Positions 52,671 through 64,000 of a DNA stretch of 64,000 nt are shown piece by piece (position 1 is the stretch's first letter; every line of letters begins with the position of its first letter). The stretch spans positions 34,782,001 through 34,846,000 of the forward strand of contig OX597817.1 of NCBI GenBank assembly GCA_951406725.2. The letters are read 5' to 3'. A model generated the notes under the pieces. That model did not search any database. It saw nothing but the letters and a program-made list of their open reading frames with translations, and had not been told where the DNA came from. Source of the DNA: Octopus vulgaris. Taxonomy: Eukaryota. The position numbers were made by a program, and so were the translations under genes.

Positions 52671-53076
52671 ACAGGAGTGGCTGTGTGGTAAGTAGCTTGT
52701 TTACCAACCACATGGTTCCGGGTTCAGTCCCACTGCGTGGCACCTTGGGCAAGTGTCTTCTACTATAATCTCGGGCTGACCAAAGCCTTGTGAGTGGATT
52801 TGGTAGACGGAAACTGAAAGAAGCCCGTCGTATATATGTAAATGTATATATATGTGCGTCTGTGTTTGTGTGTCTTTGTTTGTCCCCCTAGCATTGCTTG
52901 ACAACCGATGCTGGTGTGTTTATGTCCCCGTTACTTAGCGGTTCGGGAAAGAGACCGATAGAATAAGTACTGGGCTTACAAAAGAATACGTCCCGGGGTC
53001 GAGTTGCTCGATTAAAGGCGGTGCTCCAGTATGGCCGCAGTCAAATGGCTGAAACAAGTAAAAGAGAGTAAAAGAG
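52671..53076 (+). mobile_element. SINE family A
   Basis: Family A match. Confidence 0.9.
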
Positions 53077-53504
53077 ATATATACACACACACGCACACGC
53101 TTATCCTGTTAGATACAGATATTGTTACATCAATAATAAGTACTCAAACATATTTACAAAGTTTATATTCTTTATGATATAAAATTGTCTCTCACAAAGG
53201 AACTGTCATGGTTTTATGACTTTGTAAATTTTATCAACTAAAATATGAGATCTACACACACGCGTGCACGTACACGCACATAAATAAGAACATATACAGG
53301 TATGTGTGTGCGCGCCTACATATATATATATACACACACACACATATACGCAAACATGTGTGTGTGTGTGTGTGAATGTGTGTGCATCTATATATGCATG
53401 AGTATCTATATACGTGCGTGTGTGCATCTTTACTTATGTAGTTGTGCAGCTACATAAGCGATTCTAAGTGTTAGAGTTTCGAACAACGACACTTATAAAG
53501 CCTA

Positions 53505-53505
53505 T

Positions 53506-53572
<67 letters not shown>

Positions 53573-53586
53573 GGATGGATGGATGG

Positions 53587-53650
<64 letters not shown>

Positions 53651-53664
53651 AACATACTACAGAC

Positions 53665-53695
<31 letters not shown>

Positions 53696-54066
53696 TAGAT
53701 GATAGATAGATAGACAAACAGATAGACAGACAGATAGATAGATAGATAGATAGTGAATGAGTGTGTGAGTGAATGAGTGACAGACGGACAGACAGGCAGG
53801 AAGGTGTGGGAGGCAGACAGACAGTCCGACAGACAGTCCGACAGACAGACAGACAGGTAGACAGACATATGGTAGGTAGATAGGTAGGTAGGTAGGTAGG
53901 CAGGCAGGCAGACAGCCAGCCGGTTAATATTTGCGTATGTGCGTGGATCGAAATTTTCACATCACAGACATATACTAAGTAAATAAATGTCTGGTGATGT
54001 GTCTATGTGTGTGTAAGCAATTTAACACTGGCATCTATGTGTGTATGCACGTAGGTATGCATGCAT

Positions 54067-54098
<32 letters not shown>

Positions 54099-54556
54099 TG
54101 TATGTATGTATGTATGTATGTATGTATGTATGTATGTATGTATGTATGTATGTATGTATGTATGTGTGTGTGTATGTATGTGTGTGTGTATGTATGTATG
54201 TATGTATGTGTGTATGTATGTATGTATGTATGTGTGTGTGTATGTATGTGTGTATGTATGTATGTATGTATGTATCTATGTATGTGTGTGTGTATGTATG
54301 TATGTATGTATGTATATATGTATGTGTGTGTGTATGTATGTGTGTGTGTATGTATGTATGTGTGTCTGTATGTATGTATGTATGTGTGTGTATGTATGTA
54401 TCTATGTATGTATGCATGTATGTATGTATGTATGTATGTATGTATGTATGCATGTATGTATGTATGCATGCATGCACGTATGTATGTATGTATGTATGTA
54501 TGTATGTATGTATGTATGTATGTATGTATGTATGTAGGTAGGTAGGTAGGTAGGTA
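53505..54556. repeat. (GATA)n/(GACA)n and (TATG)n/(TG)n microsatellite field
   Basis: Direct inspection. Confidence 0.95.
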
Positions 54557-54704
54557 TAAAGCGTGGGAGAATTGTATCTATGTCTACCTGAAGTTTGGAA
54601 TTCCTAAGACAACTTAAAAGTACAGCACAAGCTGGAACGAATAATCACAAACGACATTATTTTCTCGCACGATACACAAATACAAACGCATAATTGCAGA
54701 CATA

Positions 54705-54771
<67 letters not shown>

Positions 54772-54996
54772 TGTCTGTTTATATAGGTGGGTATGTACGT
54801 CGTGAATTCATCTCTGTTTTGCGTTTTCTTATGTGTCTATATGAATTAGGGGAAATATATCTTGATTGGGCTTGCAAACTAACACAAACACACACACACA
54901 AACACACTAAGATGTTCACGAACACACACATGCGTACGCGAATGCACACATACGCTATGTAAAGATATATGTGGGTTTATGTGCGTTGGATGTATG

Positions 54997-55044
<48 letters not shown>

Positions 55045-55272
55045 TGTATGCGTGTATGGGCACGCACATATAGATAATATGTGAAGGCTTATCAAAAGAA
55101 AATCAATCACTACTAAAAGGTTTTGTCTGGAGACAATGAAAATATATGTGTGTGTGTTAGTGTGTGTGTGTGTGTGTGTTTATGTATGTGTATATATATA
55201 TATATATACACATACATACATACATACATACATACGTATATATATATATATACATACATACATACATACACT

Positions 55273-55323
<51 letters not shown>

Positions 55324-55374
55324 CATACATTGATGCATACTTATATCTATATTTATATCTATCAATCTATTTAT

Positions 55375-55413
<39 letters not shown>

Positions 55414-55424
55414 CACACACACAC

Positions 55425-55455
<31 letters not shown>

Positions 55456-55878
55456 TGTATGTGCACGTGTGTATGTATATTATATATTTATGAGTTCATA
55501 TATGCGTGCGTATTCACACACTCTGTCAATATTCGACGTACACAGGCTAAAGTCTTACAAAATTACTTACGTAGACTGAAGAAAAACTTTAAAGTTAGAT
55601 AAATGTCTACAGATGTTTCTGAATTGACAAACGTCTGTCGTACATCAATGTGCATTACAAAGATATCTGTCACTTCTGTTTGAGACTGGGCCTTCAGCCC
55701 AGTATTCTTTATTATGAAGGACACCCAGTATCCTTGCAATCCACTGCCTGGCATCTCCACACTATTTACCTCTTTCTTAAACACCGTCACCCCTACTTCA
55801 GACGGGGTCACAACACACATAATCAAAAACCTGTGACTGCTTTCGTTTCCGTTGTAACACTTGTCCCTTCGTCTTAAA

Positions 55879-56585
55879 CAATAGTTTTCAATCGGGGTTC
55901 ATATAACCTCGGAGGGGCCATATTAGATTGGGCGGGAATACACAACAAAATAGCAAATTGGGGGATCCACAATGATACTCTAAAGGCCCCAGAAAATATT
56001 TTGCTTTTGATGTATGTATTGGTACGTATTGCAAGAAACAGCTAGTCTACTTTACCCTTTTACTTGTTCCAGTCATTTGACTGTGACCATGCTGGAGCAC
56101 CGCCTTTTAGTCGAGCAAATCGACCCCAGGACTTATTCATTGTAACCCTAGTACTTGTTCTATCGGTCTCTTTTCCCAAACCGCTAGGTTACGGGGACGT
56201 AAACACACCAGCATCTGTTGTCATGTGATGTTGGGGGGACTAAGACACACAAACATACACACACATAAACATACATATATACGACGGGCTTCTTTCAGTT
56301 TCCGTCTACCAAATTCACTCACAAGGCTTTGGTCGGCCCGAGGCTATAGTAGAAGACACTTATCCAAGGTGCCACGCAGTGGGACTGAACTTGGAACCAT
56401 GTGGTTCGTAAGCAAGCTACTTACCACAGCCATTCCTGCACCTATTTTACATAGTTCAACCTACACAAGTTAATGTGTGAAAACAAAATAGGGTGTTTGA
56501 AAGAAATTTCTATAAAACTAGTTTTAAAACATCACAAACTAGCTTTCAAAGTGATTCATAGATAATGAATGATTGAGCACCCTTG
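55879..56585. mobile_element. hAT-type MITE with nested SINE
   Basis: Degenerate TIRs caatagttttcaatc / gattgagcacccttg; TSD-like gtcttaaa / gtctagaa. Confidence 0.6.
56050..56443 (-). mobile_element. SINE family A
   Basis: Family A match. Confidence 0.9.
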
Positions 56586-57232
56586 GTCTAGAAATCACCT
56601 TCCAACTTGGCCTCGATCGAATCCTCCTCTTTCCATATCACGGTCTGCTTTAACTGCACTTCCGAATATGTTTACTGAGTTAAATGTTACTGTGTGGCTT
56701 AGTTCTTATAAGAGAAAGTAGTTGGCGGCTTGCTGATCGTTTTATCGAGGAACTATTGAACATCCGACGAAATTGCAGCGGATCACTCACGCCTGTCGCC
56801 CACCACTTTAATTCTCTCATTTAATTCTCTCATTTCTTTCAATGAATCATTGTCGTTTTGAACATTAAGCATGCAATTCCAGCATAGCGTAATGTTTAAG
56901 GTCTCCCGTTGTTTAACCCTGGAAGGTCCGAATAATTCTTTTCCTTAATCCTCCAACATTGTTAGTAGACAGTAAAAATATGTTCGACTGCTGAAATATG
57001 ACCCATTAGTTGAAATAGCGTCAGTTATTGTAGTACTGTTCTCTTACCACTACATCTTAATACAGTTTGCAGCGGGGAGATGAGTTACAGTTTCAACAAG
57101 TCATTTATCACGAACTCCTGGATTCAAAAAGCAAGATAACACTGATGAAAACTGCAGATCCTTGGCCATACCGTTGGCTCTCTGTCTCTATTTGTCTGTC
57201 TGTTTGCCTGTCTCTGTCTGTCTGTCTCTCTC

Positions 57233-57270
<38 letters not shown>

Positions 57271-57583
57271 CAACAGCTCATACAGCTCATGGCGATAACA
57301 TCAGGAATGATGATAACACAAGTATGGAAATTGTAAATAATGGGGGACTGGGTGACATATCACATTATTACTCAACTACAATTATAATAATCAAGAAGAT
57401 AAAGAATGATTATGCCTATTTGAATGATTATGATCTGTCTGTCAGAAGGATAAAGAATGACATCTTTCTGTTATATTTCGTGTTGTTGAATACGAAATTT
57501 TTTGTTTTACTCGCGAATTACTAATGCTTGGCATGTCATCTCGGCGCGGTATTTTTAATTGTGCGGGTAATGTAAAACAGGAT

Positions 57584-58034
57584 AGGCGTGACTCTGTCGT
57601 TCCCAACCACATGGTTTCCGGTTCAGTCCCACTGCATGGTACCTTGGGGTATTGTCTTCAATGTGAGCCTCAGTCCAACCAAAGCCTTATGAGTTGATTT
57701 GGTAGGCAGGCAGAAACTGAAAGCCCGTCGTATACATACATACATACATACATACATACATACATACATACATACATACATACATACATACATGTGTGTG
57801 TGTGTGTGTGTGCATTTATGTGTGTGTCTTTGTTCACCAACACCTCTAGTCATCCGGTGTTGGTATGTTTTCGTCCCCATAACTTAGCGGTTCCGCAAAA
57901 TAGATCGATAGAATAAGTACTAGGCTTCAAAAAAATAAGTCCTGAGATTGATTTGTTCGACTAAAAACCCTTAAAGGCAGTGCCCCAGCATGACCGCAGT
58001 CTAAAAACTAAAACAAGTAAAAATCAAAGATAAA
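57584..58034 (+). mobile_element. SINE family A, diverged
   Basis: Family A match. Confidence 0.85.
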
Positions 58035-58619
58035 GGTTTTATTTTGATGTCTGGGGAGAGTCACAGTGCCTTAATATAACACACTCACCGGTTCAATTTC
58101 TACTCATTTATTTATCTATTAATTCCAGAAAACTTTTTCACCGCTGCATTTGTGACCGTATCAATGGATTATGACTCTCTGCCTTATTTTATAACATTAA
58201 TTACTAGCATTAGAATTGTCTGAGATCATAAAAGTCCCATACATATTCATGCTAGTCTGCATTAGAGCATGTTCACCACTTTTTCCAATGGTTGGATGGG
58301 GAGTCTTCGTTAACCGACCAAGTTCTGAAGTGTGAAATAAGTCTCTGATATTTGAAATTACAACGCTTGACTTGCTAAAGGTAGCGGCCAAATCTCCTGC
58401 AAATCACTCACGACCATCTTAAAAAAGGACAAAGCATTTGCACAGTGTAGTCTTAGATACACTGTATCTGAAAATGAATATCTTAATTAGTGTTAGTCAC
58501 TGCTGGAGCGACTTTGATGGTAGGTCTGCTTGAAAGGGCTAACCTGGTGCTGAAGAGCTAAACACAACACGAAGGATTGCATTAATATTTCATTAAGTCT
58601 TCCTGTTCGGTCATTCAGT

Positions 58620-58838
58620 GTGCTAGGAATTTCAACCGTGTTTCGTGGTCTGCTACCACAACAGTTCCCTTATAGGATCCAGTTAGCTCAATACACCATC
58701 AGGAAGAACCACATCCGGTTTCGGCCCCTACTCCTCTACCGTTTTGACGTGGAGCCCCCCCCCCCTCCTTTCGGAGGTGTCTTCAGCTCTGGTGTTGGGT
58801 GCATGTCTTCTTTCTTCTATTCCCTGGCCTCTTCGATG
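58620..58838 (-). mobile_element. Second copy of the 3500-3715 repeat
   Basis: Closely similar reverse complement. Confidence 0.8.
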
Positions 58839-58859
58839 TAGCGTCAACGAGTGTCAGCG

Positions 58860-59260
58860 GGCGACTGACTTCTTGTCAATTTTTTCCTTTAAATACCTGT
58901 TGCTAGGCTCCAGCAGGCAGCCCCAGCAAGTTGTCACGTGACACTGTCTCAACTTTAACTGACCAATGAAGGTGCGTCGTCTCAACCCCGTACTCCAATA
59001 TTCCAATATCGATTAAATAAGCACCAGTGATATAATGATTTGGGGTCAAAGATAAACAATCTGGTGAGGTAAAAAGGACGAGTTTAATGTGCACGGCCAG
59101 TAATAAATATTTTGAAGACGAGATTATATGGGGTTTTTTTTTAAATATCCAAATTGCCTGAGAAAGGAAGTCGTTGAGTTTTTTGACAAGGCAGATGTTA
59201 TTTATAAAGATGGTACTTTTAGATATCAAAATGTCTTGCAGTGTTTAACCCTATACGATC
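58860..59260 (-). pseudogene. Weak exon candidate
   Basis: 108-aa non-repetitive ORF (GAYLIDIGILEYGVETTHLHWSVKVETV); no family recognised. Confidence 0.2.
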
Positions 59261-59358
59261 TGGATTCAAATACAGCAAAAGACAACTTTGCATTTCATCC
59301 TTGCTTCCAAATTGTTTAGGCTGTGTCAATGTTAGAAATTAATATCTGATGTTGTGTT

Positions 59359-59560
59359 AAGCGGCGAGCTGGCAGAATCATTAGCACACCGGGCAAAATG
59401 CTTAGCGGCATTTTGTCCGTTCAAATTCTGCTGGGATTGACTTTACCTTTCATCCTTTCAGGGTCACTAAAGTAAGTACCAGTTGAACACTGGAGTCAAT
59501 GTAATCGACTTACCCCCTCACCAAAATTGCTGGCCTTGTGCCAAAATTTGAAACCAATAT
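59359..59560 (+). mobile_element. SINE family B
   Basis: Family B match. Confidence 0.85.
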
Positions 59561-62010
59561 TAGTTATGTAGACTAGTGGCATAGATTGAAGCCATAAACC
59601 ATTTTCCTTCAGTTGGGTTCTATTTTATATAATGTCAATGCTAGAGAATTGTTGTTGCTGTTGTTGTTTTTGTTTAGTCCCAGACCGTATTTTTTCTTTC
59701 GGAGAATATGCATCTAGGACACTTTTATCGAGTGTGTCTTTATCCAATGTTCCCCTCTTAGGAAAGCAGGGCGCGATTTGAGAAAGATTTAGCTGCTATT
59801 TCTAGGAGATCGAGCAACCACGTACAGACTCTCTCGTGTTTATATTAATATAATAATAATAAAATAAAACAAAATCTAACAGCAAACGAACTTGCTAAAG
59901 AAGAAAACGAGAATTCTTACTTGAACAAACATGGCATCATAAACGTTGTTTTCTTGTTGCTTTTCTTTAATTAAGAATAATTAGAACACTGCTGCTGTTC
60001 TCGGTCAAACGTTTATTTTCCTCGTGAGGAGGTCAATTCTTTGTCTTTACTGCTTTTATTTTTACTTAAGAAAGTAAGTTTGCTTGTTTTACTACAGTCT
60101 GATTTATTTTCATTATTTTGTCATTAAAAAATGAGGGTAGGCATTTTTATGTAATTTTTTTGTAATCTTTTCTTATCTCTTTGACTATCTATTTAAATTG
60201 TATAAACATGTGGCTTACAGCACTTCTCCAGAATAAAACCGTGTCAACTGTTTTGCAACAATGGCAGTTTCTCCGAAATTTAATGAATATTTAAGGAGAC
60301 ATTGCTACAAGCTTGTCGTTTCCTCGACAATAATAAAGCGAAAGTATAAATTTTCCACTATTATGGATCTATTTCAGCAATGAGTTATGTTAGGGTTTAT
60401 TCAATTATTTGTTTATTTTCATTTTGACAAAGCACTAAGCGTTAGGTTTATATAGGAAGGGTATTAAAATGTGAAAATGTTCATTCGTTTTAAAAGGACA
60501 TTAGTAGTGTAAGTTAAAATGAATAATGAAAACTATGTTGCAAACCGCACCGTATCAGTACAACGCTTCTTATTTATTCGGGCTCATTTCAACAGCTAAA
60601 TATATTCATTTCCAACTAAACGCGAAACCCCTGTGTTTTAAGAAAGGCGGGTTGCAAATTGTAGTGTCCATGTTTTCATAGTGGTATTATTACTGATGTA
60701 ATTGATGTAAAGTAAATCTGGGACCTAGTCTACTCAAATGACCCCCTTTTTAATAATCTAAAAAACATTTTATACTAATAAAGTTTATGTTTACATATTT
60801 ATTACAAGAACATCAAAAAACCTTTAAAATAAATAATTGTACAGTAAGAGAAAGTAATATTAGTCAAGGATTGATATTTTAATTTTTTGCTGCAAGTACG
60901 GGAGACAACTTCAGACATTTTCGGTCTTATTGTGACTTCAACGGTGATTCATACTCTTCGCAGTAATGGCCAAAGTGGTTATGAAACATCCCTATTGCTT
61001 ACTAGGTAGCTCCTTTTTACTCTTTAGTTTTCGTTTGTTTTCTTTTTGTTTGTGATTTATTTTTCATTATTTAGAATTAAGAAAGTGATGAGTACCAGAA
61101 TCGGTAGAATGTATGACAAAATTGTTGTGGGGTTTAGATTCATCATTTTTCTTTCTGAATTCAAATCCTGTCGAACTTGATTTTTGTCTTTTTTTCATCG
61201 AAATATTGGGAGTGGATAGAACCAACTGTATTCACTCTCCTATAAATGTGTGGTCTTGGGCCAATGTTAGAGCTCATTGTTTTAAATAAATCAGGGTAAA
61301 ATTGAAATTCAGAAGCAAAAGATATCGAAAAAATAGCAATTAGTTCTCTTGCCGCGTGCTCCACTTTTCATTAAAATTTTAAACTCCATTATCATCATCG
61401 AGGAAAGGAAAATGGAGGTTGCGTTTCGACGTCTTTTCCATATCACAGAAATCAAGTCAACGCGGTCGAATCTCTTTTACGCGGTCGAATGTAATGCTTT
61501 TACGCGGTCGAATGTAATGCTAGATTTTCAAAAAATTATGATAGTTATGGCCGGTTTGCTTTAATCCATACATTTGCTTGATTGGAATAAACAGCAGCAT
61601 CGTGATAGAATTCCAGCTCCGCTGAGGAATCATGTGATTGACAAGTGATTCCATAGTCAGTTACATAGGACACACGTTACATATATCAATGAACTGTACT
61701 TCACATGGTACCGATTTACAACAAAATGATCTCGGGTTAAGTGTATTTACCAAGCAGATAGAATAACTACTGGTCTCGTGATACAAGCCACCGACATTTT
61801 AAAACATTACCAACCCCGATCACTTGTAATTCATCCGAAATCACACACACACACACATTTATAAATTGCTAATAATAAAGGCAGGATTTCTTGAAAGACT
61901 GTATCTATTCATACAAGCATGGACAAATATTTGGGAGAGCAACAATGTGCCTGTGCATGTTTGCATTTCTGCTTATATATCATAATATATAGCATATCGC
62001 ACACACACAC

Positions 62011-62059
<49 letters not shown>

Positions 62060-62063
<4 letters not shown>

Positions 62064-63260
62064 TTAAAAAAAGAAAATACGCACACTTACATAGTTTTAA
62101 TATAATTTTTAATATATCGACCGGTTTCGCTATCGCTATTCATGATATTATGTTTTACTTATTTGAATATGTATTTTTCCTTAAGAAATTTTGTCCATGT
62201 TGTGTGTGATGAAATTCACGAGTGAATGACTTCACAAGTAGATAAATAAAGAGGGGTAATTGGTTATCGTTATTATTTTTATTGTTGTGGATAAGGGAGA
62301 TAACTGTTCAGCTTTCGGTTATGGGAGGGGAATATATATGTACAGACAAAGACAAGTTTTGAAAACCTTGTTTAGTGAGAGGGTTTATGTACAGTGATGT
62401 AATCATGAATTGAAATATGTAAAAGGATAAAAGTTGGTTATGCGTGCATATTAAGATGTGTTCTATATTTTTCAATGAAAAAAGTTTCTTTATTTAAACG
62501 TTCTTGTGGAGAGATTGTGTCTTTGCACTGGTAGAAGGGGAAGACTGTGAAATTTGGTTTGATGTTATCTGCACATTTTTCTATATGTTCACTGAGAGGA
62601 ATTTACCTGTATTGTAGGAAACAGATTTGCTCTTTATGTAGAGTGGTTCTCTTTCTCAAGGTCATACTCGTTTGTCCAATATAGTTGTGTCCGCAACCCG
62701 AGCAGGTTATTATATAAATTAGGTTCTCGGAGGCATAAGTGAAACTAGTTTTAATTGTAAACCTCTGTCCTTCTTTGAAAAGGAAATCCGAGCCTTCAAG
62801 TAGGTTGGGGCAGGTCCCACAGTTTGGGCGTCCACATTTTTCAACCGTTGGTTTCGAGGTTGTTTTGTAAAGCTTCGCATTTGTTAGTAGTCTCTTTAGC
62901 GATTTGTCTTGTTTTTTGCATTTGATGAGTTTGTGTGTTTTCAGGATGTCGTTCATTTTTGGATCTCTAGTTAGTAAAGGAAGAGTTTGCACAATAGTGT
63001 TGAAAGCCTCACTGTTTCTGGGGTTGTGTGTTGATATAAATAGTAATGTTTTGAGTTGAGGTGTGGTGTTGTGTTTTGTTGTTTTTAGTGTTTTTGTGTC
63101 TAATTGTTTGGCACGTTTAATTCCCTCGTCGATGAGTGAGGGTGGATATTGTCTTTCAATAAGCGTTGTTTTGAGGTCTTCAAGACGAAGGTCCCGAGCT
63201 GTTCTATCAGACACTATTGTGCAAATCCTTTCTGCCACCCTCGAAACTGTTACGTCCAGC
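62060..63260 (-). mobile_element. Penelope-like element 3' part (RT C-terminus, Cys linker, GIY-YIG, pseudo-LTR) ending in (TA)n
   Basis: ERQYPPSLID, CGRPNCGTC, NLIYIITCSGCGHNYIGQTSMTLRKR...HK. Confidence 0.92.
62114..62148 (-). ncRNA. Minimal hammerhead motif with A3-U8 core in the PLE 3' pseudo-LTR
   Basis: auauc AUGAAUA gc gaua gc GAAAC CG GUC gauau. Confidence 0.6.
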
Positions 63261-63279
63261 AACACGTATTTTTTTTTAT

Positions 63280-64000
63280 TTGTTTCTTTCGATCTAACTA
63301 TATTTTTCGTTTTCATGATAAACCCGTCCGTCTCTGTCTTAATTTTTATTTCCTCCAATGTGACAACGTTGCACAATATAATTTTTTATTTCCCTTTCGG
63401 CTCTTAACACCGCTATCACTATCTTCTACAAGCCATCTACATATCCCAATTTTTTTAGATGGCAAATACTCCATCTTGAAGTCATTATTCCTCAGCGCAT
63501 CAATCCGTTGGCTGTGTGTGTAGAAATACCCTTTCTTATCCAAAGTTTGACTATAATGGGCGATGGTCAGTCTACAAACGAAATTTCCTTCCATGTATAA
63601 ATTTATGGAATTTCTTTAACGCAAATACGATGGCTAATGCTTCCTTCTCTATTTGACAGTAAGTTCTCTCAGCCGGTAATAAGGAACGCTACCATCTTCA
63701 TATTTGTGTAAAATCACCGTTCCAGTACCACTTTCACTAGCGTCTGATACCGCTACTATTTCTAAATTTGGGTTAAAATGTGATAATGACAATTCCGACG
63801 TTATGATGTTTTGAATTTCTTCAAAAGCTTTTTGGCACTCGTCGGACCAGTTCCACTTATTCAGGGATGCTCTCAAACCATGCATATTCAGTATGTATAC
63901 CTGGTAGTAATTTGCAAGTCCTATAAATGCTTGTAACGTTGTAATGTTTGTCGGAGGAGGCATATTTTTTATTGCACTCGCCCATAATGGATCTAGTCTA
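63280..64000 (-). mobile_element. Ty3/Gypsy pol remnant (RT connection and RNase H)
   Basis: MPPPTNITTLQAFIGLANYY, WSDECQKAFEEIQ, SDASESGTG, DFKMEYLPSKKIG. Confidence 0.9.

Larger units (their letters stand above)
55571..57180 (-). pseudogene. Decayed large exon candidate with PKD/Ig-like motif, split by a hAT MITE
   Basis: 55571-55878 is open for ~100 codons to a GTAAGT donor; upstream HTVTFNSVNIFGSAVK/QTVIWKEE resembles a PKD-domain end. Confidence 0.35.

Noticed and set aside
53464-55602. Long MYVC/HTYI/IYLS ORFs here and at 9596-10551 and 15124-15748
   Set aside because: Stop-free translations of di- and tetranucleotide repeats
61460-61521. Three copies of acgcggtcgaat
   Set aside because: Short slippage duplication without unique spacers; not CRISPR-like. 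Similar small duplications occur near 7736, 16009 and 56808
62603-63376. 257-aa ORF as a novel Gypsy-Penelope fusion protein
   Set aside because: Chance in-frame junction of a Gypsy remnant and a 5'-truncated PLE; GIY-YIG has a premature stop

Overview
AT-rich, microsatellite-laden eukaryotic DNA whose tRNA-derived SINE families look like those of octopus (coleoid cephalopod); the species assignment is inferred from the repeats only. I see no intact protein-coding gene. The window holds about 35 SINE copies from four families, decayed LINEs (R4/NeSL-like REL, RTE, CR1, possibly L1/Tx1), two Penelope-like (PLE) GIY-YIG remnants, a Ty3/Gypsy pol remnant, mariner and hAT remnants, and MITEs. Two less obvious layers emerge. 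First, there are at least 10 hammerhead-ribozyme (HHR) motifs, mostly PLE-associated. They include a near-perfect ~215-bp inverted repeat with a canonical HHR on each strand, and several apparently mutated cores whose changes fall as compensatory swaps of the 3-8 base pair. Second, scattered minus-strand, splice-site-bounded, stop/frameshift-riddled segments with kringle-, WSC-, F5/8- and PKD-like motifs suggest a large decayed extracellular multi-domain gene across most of the window. All alignments and folds were done by eye, and boundaries are approximate.
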